From positions 4,702,708 to 4,766,707 of the forward strand of contig CAVNZM010000017.1 of the NCBI GenBank assembly GCA_963693365.1: a DNA stretch of 64,000 nt, in the 5' to 3' direction. Every line of letters begins with the position of its first letter. The first letter of the stretch is position 1. A program made the translations under genes and the position numbers. Shown here in pieces: positions 42,255 to 63,532 of the stretch. This DNA is from Amoebidium appalachense. Lineage: Eukaryota; Protista; Ichthyosporea. The notes beneath the pieces were generated by a model. That model was not told the origin of the DNA. It saw only the letters and a program-made list of their open reading frames with translations, and made no database searches.

Positions 42255-43384
42255 TGCGTGTGTGTGTGTGTGTGCGTGTCTCAAGTATCTCGGAAGTGTG
42301 TGCACTCGGATGTATCTGTACGTGCATGGCTCATGTGTCAACGCCCACCACACTGCCCGTTTGCAGAATACAGAATGTATGTGGGCGTACATGTGTGCGC
42401 ATCCATGTATGTGCTTGCGTGTGACGTGCGCGTGTAAGCGTAAGAGAAAGTGTACGCCCATGCGTCAAGTGTGACATTTCTGTGTGTCAGTTGTGGTACA
42501 GCATGTAATACTATGTATGTGCACGTGTCACATGCATAGAGAGTGCAGGACCGTTTGCACGTGAGTGCTGTACACGGCGCGCTATGCTGGAACACACAAA
42601 TGTGGGCGTGTTGATGTACCAAACGATGGAACATCAAGACGAGTCAAAGTAGCTCTCTAACAATACGGGAGAGTTGGATTCCACTCTCCCTTAACACCCA
42701 GTACATGTAGCAGACGCACACGTGCCACAACATTTGAGAAGCACCTACAAGAACAGAAGAGGACATCCGGTAGTAAAACACGAAAAAAAGAAATAGAAAA
42801 AACACGAATTTGCTGTTACCTTTTGAGCACTCGGGGCAGAAGAACTCAAACGGGTCCGCCTCCGGCGTCTGCAGGCGGCGGTACTTCGTTCTGTCTATCC
42901 CCACGCACTTTCCGTGCGTCCACACACGACAGCGCTCACACTGCACCATATACGGTGTTTCGTCCTCGTACGCCTCCCCACAAACAGGGCACCACTTGTC
43001 CGGATTTACCACTTCCTCCTCTTCCACTCGTTCTTCCTCCTTCGGTTTTTCCTCCGTCACTTTCTTTTGCCCAGCCCTCCCGCCGTTCTCCTTCGATGTG
43101 GGTGTCTTTGGTGTGTTTCCGTTGCTTTCTCCGGTCTTTTTGGCTTGCTGGGAGCGTATTTGGGAGTATGAAGAGCGTCTCTTCGGGCCAGAATTCGAGT
43201 TTTCGGAATGATTTGTCCCTGGAGACACCTTTTTCAACGGTTCGTCGTCACTAAGGCTTCCGGGCTCCACTTTGCTGACAACTGCAACTTCTTCCTTTAC
43301 GTTTTCCCTTCCAGCGTACGCGTGTGTGCGTGCATGTGGATTTCTCAGTGTTTCCCCGAAGGGATTTCCTGTGAAAGTGGCCAT
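39400..43384 (-). CDS. PHD finger + HMG-box chromatin protein
   Basis: Phase-consistent exons 43384-42820, 40940-40840, 40278-40254 (tentative) and 39792-39400. PHD C4HC3 pattern: [30 protein letters not shown] box: [33 protein letters not shown]. Confidence 0.8.
40366..40450 (-). mobile_element. Diverged 3' fragment of the poly(C)-terminated repeat superfamily
   Basis: Minus strand TTTGCAAGATCTACATTG..CGTGAATGTATACTTCACACTC..ACACATTGA + C-run; resembles 9825-9882 and 5111-5156. Confidence 0.5.
41818..42400. repeat. ~290-bp tandem duplication in intron 1 of the PHD-HMG gene
   Basis: GTCTCAAGTATCTCGGAAGTGTGTGCACTCGGATG..CTGCCCGTTTGCAGAA occurs at about 42006 and 42278, each with the same upstream block. 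Confidence 0.85.
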
Positions 43385-45712
43385 TTTTTCTTTGCTGTGT
43401 TGGATTTCAAACACCAGCCGACCCGTGTGGATTTTTGTGGTGCCTGGCGTGCAACCAAACACCAACTACTTCAAATTTGCGCGCGTTTTGCTGATAAGAC
43501 AAAACTGTGTGAGAAAGAAAGGACAGAACACAGAAAGACCTTTCTCAAGTAGAGGAACATAGGGGGGGGGGGGGGGGGGGAAAGAAAGAGAAAGATATAT
43601 CTATTTTCAGTTGTAAGACTCCCGCTGGCTGTGACGAGAGCGCTCAAGAGCATGACAGATATCTGATGACTCAGCGCATATGTGCGTGTGCTCGTGTGTG
43701 TGTCCGATGCAAAGGGCCGTGCCTGGCACAACCAAATTCTCTTTTGATACCTCAGTTTTCAGTATGGCACGATACGACAACTTTGATTCCACTTGCTATG
43801 TGCACACAGATAAAACTTGTAAACTCTTTTGTGCCTATTCATTGATGTGCTTTTAGTGAGAGAGATAATTATAACCGGGAGAAACGGATTTTTGGGTGCA
43901 CTTGCAGTGGGCCGTGCCAGTGACGTTACTCCGCCGAGTCAACGTCCGTTCCGATGTGTGAGATCCGGTTGGCTGAACTTTCACGCCTTCGAAAAGCGGG
44001 ACAAAGTTGATAAGAAAAATGAATGTTTTTGTATGATTCACCTAATACAATGGCAAATAAGTCTCTATTTAGATATAAGTATATATATTTTTGGTACAGA
44101 AGAAAACGTGTAAAGCAGATGTAATAACATGTGATAACACTTCTCACGATCATTTGTACGGTTTATAACGTTAGGACCACCGTGATTGGTTGGAATGTAG
44201 CGGTAATTGGCTTCGGGCCGTACGCCATTTGGTTGGCCCATGAAATATTCGGCACGATAGGAATCCATTGAAGTCATCTGTAAGATTCCTGAATGGCATC
44301 AACATTGATGTATATTGAAACTAAAAGTGTGCATAATACAGTTTTCTACATTTGACTGAACTTTATAAAGCTATGAAAGCATAGTATCAATAAATAAATG
44401 CTTTTTTCAGTAACACGTTGTGCTGCAGTGAGCCAGGTGAACGCTCCCCGCCGCACTCCCACATACATAGCTACGCCTCAGTCGGGATCCAGTTATCGTG
44501 CGCATTCCACGCCCGCTAACCCTGCCGGCACCAACTTAATTGTGACAGCTTCTAGCGATTGGCTCCCAGGATATTATTCACAGTTGCATGACACTCCGGC
44601 TGTTGATTCTCCTTCTATTCAAAAGGTCACGGACGGTTACAGAGTATACAAATAATTGATTACATATATATAAATTCAAATTATTAATGAATTGAGTTTT
44701 AAAGTCACAGCTTATGTGCGTCCTTTGCCGACGGCCTTAATGCACAATACTGCAGTGCACTATCACATTTATCTATCATCATAGTTCAGCTAATCATTTC
44801 TCTTACTTATCATGCATTGTACCTGCCACTTCCCAGTTTGACCCTGCGGATACGCCAACAATTTTAGAACAAGGAAATGCTGTGAAGAAATAAGAGCGCA
44901 GGCTTCAGTAATAGCATAGTCTGTAGCTACATCTTCTTTACTCTTACATATAAGCTGTTTAAAAATTACTTCTTTTTTGATCACTTTCACTTGAATCACG
45001 CTGACGCGTTCACATCTACGCACAGGTCACAGCCTCACATGAACTTCAGAACTTTATTAAAATATGTCAAGGAGACATTGTTGGATTGGATAATAATCAC
45101 TTTTAGAATTAGCCTAAAGGGTGAGCTTTCCACCAATCGTCTCGGCGACTATCATAGCGGTGGGTATATAAAGTGGCGCCTCGTGTCCAGCTCTCGTGGC
45201 CTGCTCGGTCGCGCATCGGTGGGAAAGTTACAGTACAGAGCTCTGCAAATCACTGCATACGGTTAGTGAAGACCCTCAGCCAGGCTAGCTGTGCCAACAA
45301 CAACAACAGTAGAGAGAAAAAACAAACAGAACGAGTTTATACTTATGATGAATATGCTTCGGCTTTGCGAAGGTCATACTGTTATATATTCTGACTAAAA
45401 AATAAAGGTTTCGTCTCGACCGCGCGGACTGTCGCGGACGTTCAGCACGCACACTGTTGAATCCAGAATTGTCAAATTAGTACTTCTGCTGTTTTATGTT
45501 TATACCATTACTAGAATTAGTATATGTTAGTAACATATAGAATTAGTTATGTAGGGTAAAGGGCAGTCATATGTGTGCACATAAATTACAGACAATCCAC
45601 TTGCGTTGGCAAGCAGGGAAGCTTCGTGATGGAAATTCAAAAGAGCCGGGCTCCACGTGCACGTAGCCTACTAGTAGTAGACGGTCACCTCTGAGTGCTG
45701 TCTTCCCGGCGG

Positions 45713-45755
<43 letters not shown>

Positions 45756-45949
45756 TTGTTGTTTTTGTTGTTGTTGGTGTTGGTGTGGTAGTGCCCGGCC
45801 ACTTACGTAAGCAAGTGGGTACATAGCCTTGGAGACTAGGCCCCACGGGAAATTTCATGATCAACATGTAATGCTATGTAAGGCGTTAACGTCCGTAGGT
45901 TACAGTTAAGATCACATAAAATGATAGAACTAACCCATGGACGCCCCGC

Positions 45950-45987
<38 letters not shown>

Positions 45988-46128
45988 TTTCCAAGTTTCC
46001 AGCTCAGCAATATTAATACTTGAGTCACACAAGTTAGTACAATTGCGACTTAATCTGCATTCTATTTATCGGTGGTGGAGGTATGTTTACTCTGACACGC
46101 ATTCTACACACACACACACACGCGCGCG

Positions 46129-46253
<125 letters not shown>

Positions 46254-46261
46254 GCTCTCTG

Positions 46262-46298
<37 letters not shown>

Positions 46299-47080
46299 CA
46301 CAAGTGCACACACACTCTGTCGGTCTACACACAACTTGCGCACACGCACACGCACACAAATACAAGCAGAACATCTTAGCATAACGGGCACACAAATTGA
46401 ACGCATAAAAAATACCCACGCGCCATGAACACACACAGTATTGTATGCACACACATGCACGCACGTACACGCGTCGCGTGTCAGTGTGTGCAGGGACGCA
46501 ATTGCACATCGCCCGGCTTCGGACGAGCACATACCGTGCACATTAGCTACATAATGCCAAAAATATGCAAACTCTGGCACGCATGCGCGCATGTGCACAC
46601 CTGCACACATACATACACACATATCACACATGATAACACACACCACGCTCGCTCCGTATGTACTAGTCTCACTCCGTGTCAGCAACCCAACCCTCCCCCC
46701 CACCCCACCCAACCCCACCTCCAGCCCCCACGAGTCCTTTTTTCTCTTCTTCCCTCCACCCACCCCCCACCCCATTTACCCCCTCCCTCCCTCCCTTCCC
46801 CTCACCCCCCGACTCGAAACAACTTTGTGTTCCTCATAGGACACAATGTTTATACCGAGCACCGATTTTATCCTACACTCCTGAGGATGCTAAATGCATG
46901 CTGCAATTAGTAGGCTAAACTTATAATACACTGTTACCAACTTTAACAGTAGTATGTACACACTTAGTTCAGAGGTTTTTTTCCCCAGCCTCGCTCTGAT
47001 CCAGTGGGTTTTAACACATCCCTTTCACCTACTCTCTCTCCCCGTCCCTGCCTCCTTCAGAATGATCCCTTCCCCCCCCC

Positions 47081-47794
<714 letters not shown>

Positions 47795-48088
47795 ACATCA
47801 TTGTGTGTCACGTTGTGCGCAGGTGTGTGTGCCCCCATACTTTTTTGCAGCATTTGATCGTGTGGTGTGTGTACGGACACGATTATAATTATTGGGCTTG
47901 CTTAGCACTGAGATCGGATTGATATATTCAATAAGCAATATCCAAATGAAGAGGCATGCGCCGGCCGGCACACAGGGAAGGGGAGATGGGGGAAGGAGGA
48001 GTACGATGGGTGGGGGGGGGGGGGGGAGGGGGGGGGGAGAGAGAGGGGAGAGGGGGAGGGAGAGAGAGTGAGTGAGTGAGTGAGAGAG

Positions 48089-48169
<81 letters not shown>

Positions 48170-48196
48170 TCAGCCTCAGCCTGCCCGGACTTTTTT

Positions 48197-48227
<31 letters not shown>

Positions 48228-48272
48228 GGGAGGGGGGGAGGGGGGGGAGGGGGGGGGGGGGGGAGAAGGAGG

Positions 48273-48410
48273 GTCGGAATGCGGTATAGGTACGAAGTAC
48301 AACTACGTGGCACAACTCGAAACACGGTGCAGGACATATGCAAAGGCAAGATTCGAATTTCACATCGGCAATGTGTGCAATATGCAACAGAAAGGAAGCC
48401 CACCCTCAGC
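48273..48410 (-). mobile_element. Diverged subfamily A-like 3' fragment
   Basis: Minus strand CTGAGGGTGGGCT..CCTTTGCATATGTCCTGCACCGTGTTTC..GTACTTCGTACC..CCGCATTCCGA + C-run. Confidence 0.6.
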
Positions 48411-48468
48411 TGAAGAAGGGGGAGAGGGGGGGGGAAGGGGGCCCCCGGGGGGGGGGGGGGGGGGGGGG

Positions 48469-48834
48469 TTTGAATGCATCAAAAAGTACGAAGTACACAA
48501 GAACAAACGGACAACACGATGCAGAATGCAAGCCATACCTAAAGAGTATGCATAATAAGCAGAGCCCATCCTCAGGGGGGGCCCACGTCATCCACAGTAC
48601 CCGATTTTCGACCTATTCACCTCGTTAACGAAACCCAACTCAGATACTGTGTCACTTGAACATGGGTAGGTTACCCGTCTTGATCAGAGACGAGCAGGGT
48701 TGCTTATATATGCAGGCAAGGGCAGTGGGAAAGGCCGGGGGTTAAAGTTGCAGCAGTAAGCAGAAGCAAGAAAAATATAGATAGGAACTCAGGAGACGGG
48801 GCTTCTAGGAAGCTCCCCCCGGAGTCCCCCGTCG
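48469..48834 (-). mobile_element. Longest subfamily B copy (may extend to 49379)
   Basis: Reverse complement of 17167-17500, plus extra 5' sequence that closes a GACGGGG/CCCCGTC stem. Lies head-to-tail with the 48273 fragment across a G-run. Confidence 0.8.
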
Positions 48835-49178
48835 CTACCTAAGTCGATACTTCCCTGGCTAACACGCTCACACTATGTAGCTGAAAAGAATTGAGTCCCG
48901 AAGGCCGCAGAATTCGCAATCAGAGGGGAAAATATGATTTGACCCACGCCGCAGGCTGCCACCTACTGAGATGGCTCCTTATTTTTCCTTACACATTCAG
49001 CGAACATTGGACTCTATCGAACCGTCGAGGCGCCCCCGACAGAAAGCATGCACGCGGTCGCGAGAGTGTAAGGAAAAATCGCCCGCCTGCAGCGAACGTA
49101 AAGTTCATCGCAGCGCGTGCACACCGTCAGTACGTGTGAGCGCCGCAGGCTACCACCTACTGAGGCGGTGTCTCCCTT

Positions 49179-49214
<36 letters not shown>

Positions 49215-49449
49215 CAAAAGGGACGCCTCAAGTAGATGTATAACGTCGCACGTGCGGCAACACGTCAGTGCGTGTTAGCGCCGCTGGGTAGTAACACGCT
49301 TACTAGGGCGGAACTTTAACGTCTTCGAACGGAAAGCTATGCCCCCGGATGTCAGCCGGAAATGTGGTATCACTCAATTGGGGGGGAGGGGGGGGGGGGG
49401 GGGGAGGGGGAGGTTAAGCAGTAGTTAACAATCAATGAATAATGCAAAG

Positions 49450-50094
49450 TCTCCAAGCCTTAGGCTTTGTACCCGTTAATGCACCAATTTCACAAGTAGG
49501 TCACATTTGTTGTTCTTACGGGAAGCAGAATCGTAGGGAGCTCGAGTGCCGTGATGATCCCTGAAACGTGAGCACCTCCACCGTAGGCTACATGTCGTGA
49601 TTTGGCCAACCCATAATCTCAGGGACCATAGAAGACAAAACCCAAAGTATATGTAGTATCAACAGCCTATGTGTGGGCTAAGCCTTCTAAGGAGAACTCA
49701 CCGAGCACCACTTACAACAAGGCTACAGTCGATGCTTATTGGAAGTCTTACGGTACCGGTAGTTCGTAGGGACCAAGTTAAGGGACTTCCTCCCGCGAAC
49801 AAAACCCGGTAGGATAAAAAAAAGAATCAGAATAAAAAGAGGACCACTTCTACAAGACAATCATGTAGCAACGGGAGGCTTGCAATTGGGCGTCGCTCTT
49901 GTGTCTGTGTGTGTGGGGGGGGTGGGGAGGGGAGGGCCGGGGGAGGGGGGGGGGGGACGAAGCCTTCCCAGAAATCAAGGAGGGCCAGAGAGAGAGCTCG
50001 AGAGCGAGAGTTGAGCTCGAGGGGGAGGGAGGAGCAGGGAGGGAGGGAGAAGGAGGGAAGGGGAGAGAAGGGGGGGGGGGGAGAGAGAGAGGGG

Positions 50095-50149
<55 letters not shown>

Positions 50150-51163
50150 AGGGAGGGAGGGAGGGAGGGAGGGAGGGAGGGAGGGAGGGATAGCGCGGGT
50201 GTCAACGTAATTGACCATGACATGACATGGACCTTGCGGCACTCTTTATTACAAACTTCGTTGCGTACCAGCGGCTTTACAAATGCAAGTGCCAATTCAA
50301 GTTCAGTAAAGGCCTGGTAGCCATTACAACGTAACATTAGGCAATGACAATAATGGGTTCCCGTGGTTTTCGAGCTAATGTTATGTGTTTCCGGCGCCTG
50401 CTCGTAGCGTGTTGATTCTTACAAGCACAAATGCTCTCTATTGCCAAATCTGAGGGGCTTTGGGTTGCTAAAGCCAGCGCAGCTACCAACTTCGCATTTT
50501 CCTTTTCCCTTCGTCTACCCGCCGCTCTAATGTTAACAGCTCACTCTCTTCATCCTCCATGTTGCCCAACTTGTTTTGCGCACGCGCATTCTTGTTTTGT
50601 TTCGGGCGCTTTGCATGCTCCGTGTCAGCAATTTCGAGTTCCTGTGCTTTGCGCTTTTTCGGTGTTTTTTGCCTCGGCTCACTTTCCACGTGTGGCGTCG
50701 CTTCTTGTCTATTTAGGAAGGTGGCATCTTCACCTTCCTTATTTGGCATAATGCTCTTTTTCGAGCCGCCGTTCTTCTTCTGCTCGTTGTGCCAGTGAGG
50801 GGGCATGTGTTTCTTGGAGATGACGAGATTGCTCAACTTGGGGAACCTCTCATCCTTTCCCGGTCTCCCACGGCGCCTTTTGGCTGCTGTTTCGTGTTGG
50901 CCAGTTTCCCCTCCCCTTTTCCTCCCTCCCTCTCTTCCCTCCTGTTCCTGATCCTGTTGCTCTTTCTTTTCCCTTTCCATCGTGCGTGCAATTTCGAGAC
51001 ATTCTTCCTCTTTCTTCAGGTCTAAAGGTCCTTTGGGGTGCAATATTTTCAGCCACTCTATCCTTCTCTGTATCCCCTTTACCGTCAATTCAGACGGAAT
51101 GCACACCGTGTTACCCTTCGTTAACTTCGTTTCGGTACACCACTCAGCGTAGCACGCAGGCAT
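49450..51163 (-). pseudogene. THAP-like domain protein; probable decayed DNA-transposon transposase (ISL2EU/Harbinger- or Kolobok-type)
   Basis: MPACYAEWC..RRIEWLKIL..(charged insert)..LVISKKHMPPHW resembles the THAP C2CH pattern with the third Cys replaced. The frame continues after one-base shifts in A-runs to CNGYQAFTELELALAFVKP. Fragments below 49850 (DSFFILPGFVRG.., IMGWP) weakly resemble HTH_Tnp_4/DDE_Tnp_4 regions but contain stops. Confidence 0.4.
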
Positions 51164-51841
51164 TTTGCGGATCTCGCAATGTTCGTTGAAATGATATATT
51201 GTATTTTTTTTTTTTCTTTTCCTTAATGGTTGCGAAGGCCTACAAACTCGTTTCACTCAGTTGTGTGTATCTTTTTTGGGCCCGGGCCGGGCCGGGGGGT
51301 TCAAATTTGAACACTTAGCTTTTTTTTTTTTTTTTTTTTGTTTTTCAAATTTAGCTTTTTTCTAGGGGTTGGATTGAGCGGTGATGATGTCAGAAGCAAC
51401 TGAAAACACCATAATAAGCCGTAAACATTGCTTGATAAAGGGTACTTATATACAGACTACATGAGCCAAGGCCTCCTACAATAATCTGCACTGAGCCGGA
51501 ATATGTTCACCAGGCCTTTTTTTTTTTTTTTTTTTGGTCAAGTACGAACACGCACCGGCCGACACACGCATGCGCATGCACACGCGCACTCATAACCACC
51601 ATAAATACACAATGCACACAAAAGAGAGAGTGTAAAAGACACCATTTTTGCCTTTTAGGTCTGCAGACTGCAGTTGTACTCAGTAGTGAGAGTCTCCCTG
51701 CCTGGTTCGGGTCCTTGAGTTCTCCTTCACATGTGGATCTCGCTTCCATCTTTCAAATCTTAAACACGAAACAAATTTTCATTCCTTCAACTACCACAAC
51801 TCATCTTCTCCACACACATCTTCCGTTCCAACCTGGAAAAA

Positions 51842-52180
51842 ATGACCTTCGTAAAGGTCGTCCGCGGTGCTGCTTCCGCGACCCTTTCTCCGGATGGAAC
51901 CAAAGTCACGCTCGAAGGATGCCAAGGAATAGTTCATGCTGCCTTCGAAAAAGATGCTCCTGTTGCTCCTCGGCTCGAGTTCAATCTTTCTCCGTGGGGA
52001 GCGCGCGTGGAGGGGCTTCAGTTTTTCTCGCTAGTAGGGGTGATGTGTGATGTTGGTGAAGAGGAAGGGAGAATTTCGTTTGAACACGAGGACAACAAGG
52101 GCGTGTTGGTGGTTGGTAAGCCCCTGACTGACAGGCTCAGGGAGGGAGGGCTCTTGATTATCATCGACTTTTGGAGGTGA
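51842..52180 (+). CDS. 112-aa single-exon hypothetical protein
   Basis: Clean ATG-to-TGA ORF with ordinary globular, beta-rich composition and no repeats, ending LIIIDFWR. Family not recognised. Confidence 0.65.
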   Translation: MTFVKVVRGAASATLSPDGTKVTLEGCQGIVHAAFEKDAPVAPRLEFNLSPWGARVEGLQFFSLVGVMCDVGEEEGRISFEHEDNKGVLVVGKPLTDRLREGGLLIIIDFWR

Positions 52181-54054
52181 TAAGACATGAATTCTGGAGG
52201 GGAGGAAGTATAGATGTGCTTTGACCTTCAATTGTATGTTCGTGTTTCGGCTCCTATTTGCCTCAAACACTCACTCTGTAGAGCAAAAAACGGATGATGT
52301 GGCCTTTTCGATATGTTATACTGCTTATAATTGTTAGACTATGCTATGTTGCTGGAGGTGTTTCGGCATGTCACGACTATAATGCTGACTACCAGGGTGT
52401 TAGTTTGAATGCATAGATGACTATCTAGATGTACATCATACCCAGAGACTCTGGAGCCTGGTGTGCCCAGTAAATTGGTGGAGTAAAGGGCTTTCTGTTG
52501 GCCTTCCCTCCACCTATTTTCCCGTTCCCCCCCCCCCCCCCCCCCCCTCCTCTCCCCTCCCCTTCCACACACCCACACACACACACGTACAGGCGCGCTC
52601 GTGTAGACCCCATCCTCCCCCTCAACTTCCCCAGACCCCCCCCCCTCCCCCCCTTCGCCCTCTTCTCCCCCCCCCCCCCTCCCCCCCTCTTCTTTCCCCT
52701 TCCCTGCACCCCCCCCCCTCCCCCCCCCCCCCACACACAAAAACACCCCCGTTACCCACTTCCCCCCCCCCTCTCCCCCCCCACCTTTTTTTTTCTTCTT
52801 TTTTTTTGGGTTTTGCCCCGGCTCGGGAATTTCTAGTTTCTGGTTTGAGAAGGCCAGTCTGCACCTTTGAGTTTTCGCCCATGTTCCAATCCCGGAGGTC
52901 AGAGCAGGCCAGTGTGTGCCGCGGTGTACGGTGGCTTTCAATTATTTGGCAGCACAGGAGCATGAGCGGCAGGTTGAGCTTAGTTGTGGAACTAATATTG
53001 TTACACACTAAGGGCTGTAAGCTGATCTGCACACAAGGTTTGAAGCGCTGGCAGGCTTCTCACATATGTAGGGCTTCTAGGTGATAAAGAATTACACAAG
53101 TGTGGTGGCAGCAACGCTTTAAGCTGTCTTGGAATGAGTGCACCATGCACCCAGCTCGATGAGTTTCGTTTCAAAAAGCAGACTGAGTTGAGGAAATTTT
53201 TTTCAGCAGTGCCTTGTGTGTGCCGCGGCGCTGAACGTGTATGCTTGTTGGTTGCTGCATGTGTTTTGCGTGTACGTGGGCGGACACACGGGAGCACGTG
53301 GGTGTGTGGGTTTCGAGTGGCGTGTGTGTGCACGTGCATACAAAGGTGACTGCGTGTATGTAGGATGCCTTGAACAGCTTGTTGAGGATACCGTATGTGT
53401 GCAGAGGCTCTCAGGTGAGCATGCGTGTGTATGTGTTTGTGTGTGCCGACCGTCTTGTGTGTGTGCATGTGTGTGTGTGTGTGTGTGCGTGTGCGTGTGT
53501 GTGTACTGTGTGTGTGTGTGTGTGCGTGTGTGGGTGCTCGTGCGTGTGTGTGCGTGCGTGCGCCTGTGTGCGTGTGCATGCGGATACGTACGTGTGCCCG
53601 TTGGCACTTTCAATCATCAGAGTTAGTGATTAACTTAATCAAGCACAAGCCAACAAGTAGCATCCAAAGTCGCACGAGTTTGTTTCGCTACAGCCTCAGG
53701 GGCATAAAGAGAGGTTTTGAGTTTAATCACAATGAACAGCCTTTAACTTAGGGAAGGGTGGGTGGCGGTTAAGGTTTGTGCAAACATCTCATTCCTAAGG
53801 CTTAATGTTCAGAATCGTTCGACGAAGTGTTGGACGGGAGGTGCACGCTTTACTCTGCTTCAACTTCTGTATTGCTGCACATCGATCTGCGACAGCTAAT
53901 AGTTGCGCTGTACTATTTTTTCGATTTGAATGTACAAACGACTGGCATATATGAAGTGACCTTCAGACTTCAATTTTTTTTGTTCGTTTTTGTGCTGCAA
54001 CTTCAATAGTTCTTTCCAAGTTTAGGGGGCCTACTAAGGCCTACTATTGTAGGC

Positions 54055-54159
54055 TTTTCGCGCAATTCGTTAGATGTTTTCGTCCACCTAAGTGAAGCCG
54101 GGCGTCGCCCGTTTTAGGTCAACCAATCACCCGGAGCTATGCAATTTTTGGCGCGAAAA
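54055..54159 (+). promoter_or_regulatory. E2F-type sites plus CCAAT box
   Basis: TTTTCGCGC 54055-54063, CCAAT 54123-54127 and overlapping double site TTTTGGCGCGAAAA 54146-54159, about 1.4 kb upstream of the NNF1/PMF1-like ATG. Confidence 0.5.
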
Positions 54160-55385
54160 CTTGGGATCTGTGAAAACAGGCAGAGGAGAGAGAGCAAGGG
54201 CAGAGTACAGGAAGCAAGCTTGAATGAAAGAGTGCCGCGCTTTACGCAAAAACACTTGTCCTCTCTTCTCTTTTCCTTTTTTGTTTTTCTTTATGAAGGG
54301 TCACAAGAAATTGTTTTTATTTCATGCTATGAACACACTACCCATTGTTTAATGACAGGAAGGCACAGAAAGGTGATAGAGCAAGAGCCACGGATGTTGT
54401 AGGGCAACCTCCTCCACATCATTCTCTACCCCGATATCCGCCTGTCATGTTTTACCAGTTCTAGCATAATTCACGTTGGTTTTGCTCTCTCAACTGTCGG
54501 ATTATAGTCAAATTCCCGATCCATGCAGGCTTCAGCCTTTCACACACATCCTTACCCTGCAGTGCTATGTCTTCCTCGCCTTTCCGTTAAAGTTGGCAAA
54601 ACACCGACACTAGTGTTGATTTAGAAGCGGCCCAACCACCATCTACTCGAAGGTACGTCTTCAACAAAGGATTCAGGAATTGCATGTTTGTTGGGTTTAT
54701 GATAGTGGTAAGAAAAGATGGGGGGAAGGTTTACGTGGATGGAAGAAACACTTAACCTATGTACGTACTTGTCATTAGGCTCTCACCCACCCACCCATAC
54801 ACATACCCACACGCTCACACGGGCACATGTACATACGCACACACGGACAGATATCCCTTATCCACACTCACACAACACAGGCGACAGCATCATATGCACA
54901 CAGACACACAGGCACACACACAAGCACACACACACACACATACACACACACACGGGGAGGGGGGGGGGGGGACGCACACACTCATGGACAGACAGACATA
55001 CACACAAAGAAGACAGACACAAGTACACACCGTCACACATCCAGAGACAGCCTCCCCCCCCCCCCCCCCCCCCCCCCCCTGCCCTCCAACCACACACACA
55101 CACACGGGCGCACACGCACGCGCACACACACACACACACACGCGCGCGCGCGCTCACACACTGTGCCCCCGGGGGTGGAGGGGGGGGGGGGGGGAGGAAG
55201 CGCTCGGGGGACAAAAAGTGAAAACACATAGTGTATAGCCCTCCGACACAACCCCATCTCGATGTTTGCTATCAGAAAACACAACTTAAACTCTGCACGA
55301 TTTTGTGCCCCTTCAACCCCCCCCCCCCCCCCCAAAAAAAAAAAATAAAAAAAATTGGGGGGGGGGGGAGGGGGGGGGGGGGGGG

Positions 55386-55428
<43 letters not shown>

Positions 55429-55541
55429 GAAAAAAAAAGCAAAAAAGCGAAAGAAAAAAGGGAAGAAAAAGAAAAGAAATGAAAATTTGCCCTCACGCTG
55501 CCACGCAGCAGCGAAAATAGTCCCCCAAGATTACATCGAAA

Positions 55542-62725
<7,184 letters not shown>

Positions 62726-63375
62726 GACCCCCCCCCCCCCCCCCACCAAAATGTATATATGCGGCTAACACCATCACCACTACAACATCGCTAACAAGTT
62801 CCGTGGGGGGGGGGGGGGGGGGGGGGGGGAGGGGTCTTTCGTCCATATAAAGTTGAGGGGTCAATGTAATCCCCCCCCTCCCCCCCCCAAAAAAAGAAAA
62901 CAAAAAAAACCAACCAAACCAAAACAAAAAAGGAAAAATCAACCAATCAACCAAAACAAACCAAAATAAACCCCACCCCCACCCTCCAAAAGAACAAAGA
63001 GGGAGAATGGAGACAAAAAGAAAACACGGCCACGAAACACTGTTTTCATGGCCCCACTCTTGAACGTTAACACCATATTTTTTTTTGACATAGAGAATAA
63101 ATGTAGGTGATACATGGTGTCATTGGATTGGTGGTTCTTGATCAAATCCCATTGTTTGGTTCGAAAATGAAGCAACGAGTTAAATAAAGCGTTAGACTCT
63201 TGTGTGAAACTTTAAGTTAGAACACGGGCACACACACCGTGACACAGACGGCATACACACTGGCGCCTCGAACGTTGCACATACACACTTGCATATACAT
63301 TCCGAAAATATTAGACATGATCACATACACCCGTACACATGTGCGTGGGTGTGCACACACACACACACACACAAA

Positions 63376-63532
<157 letters not shown>

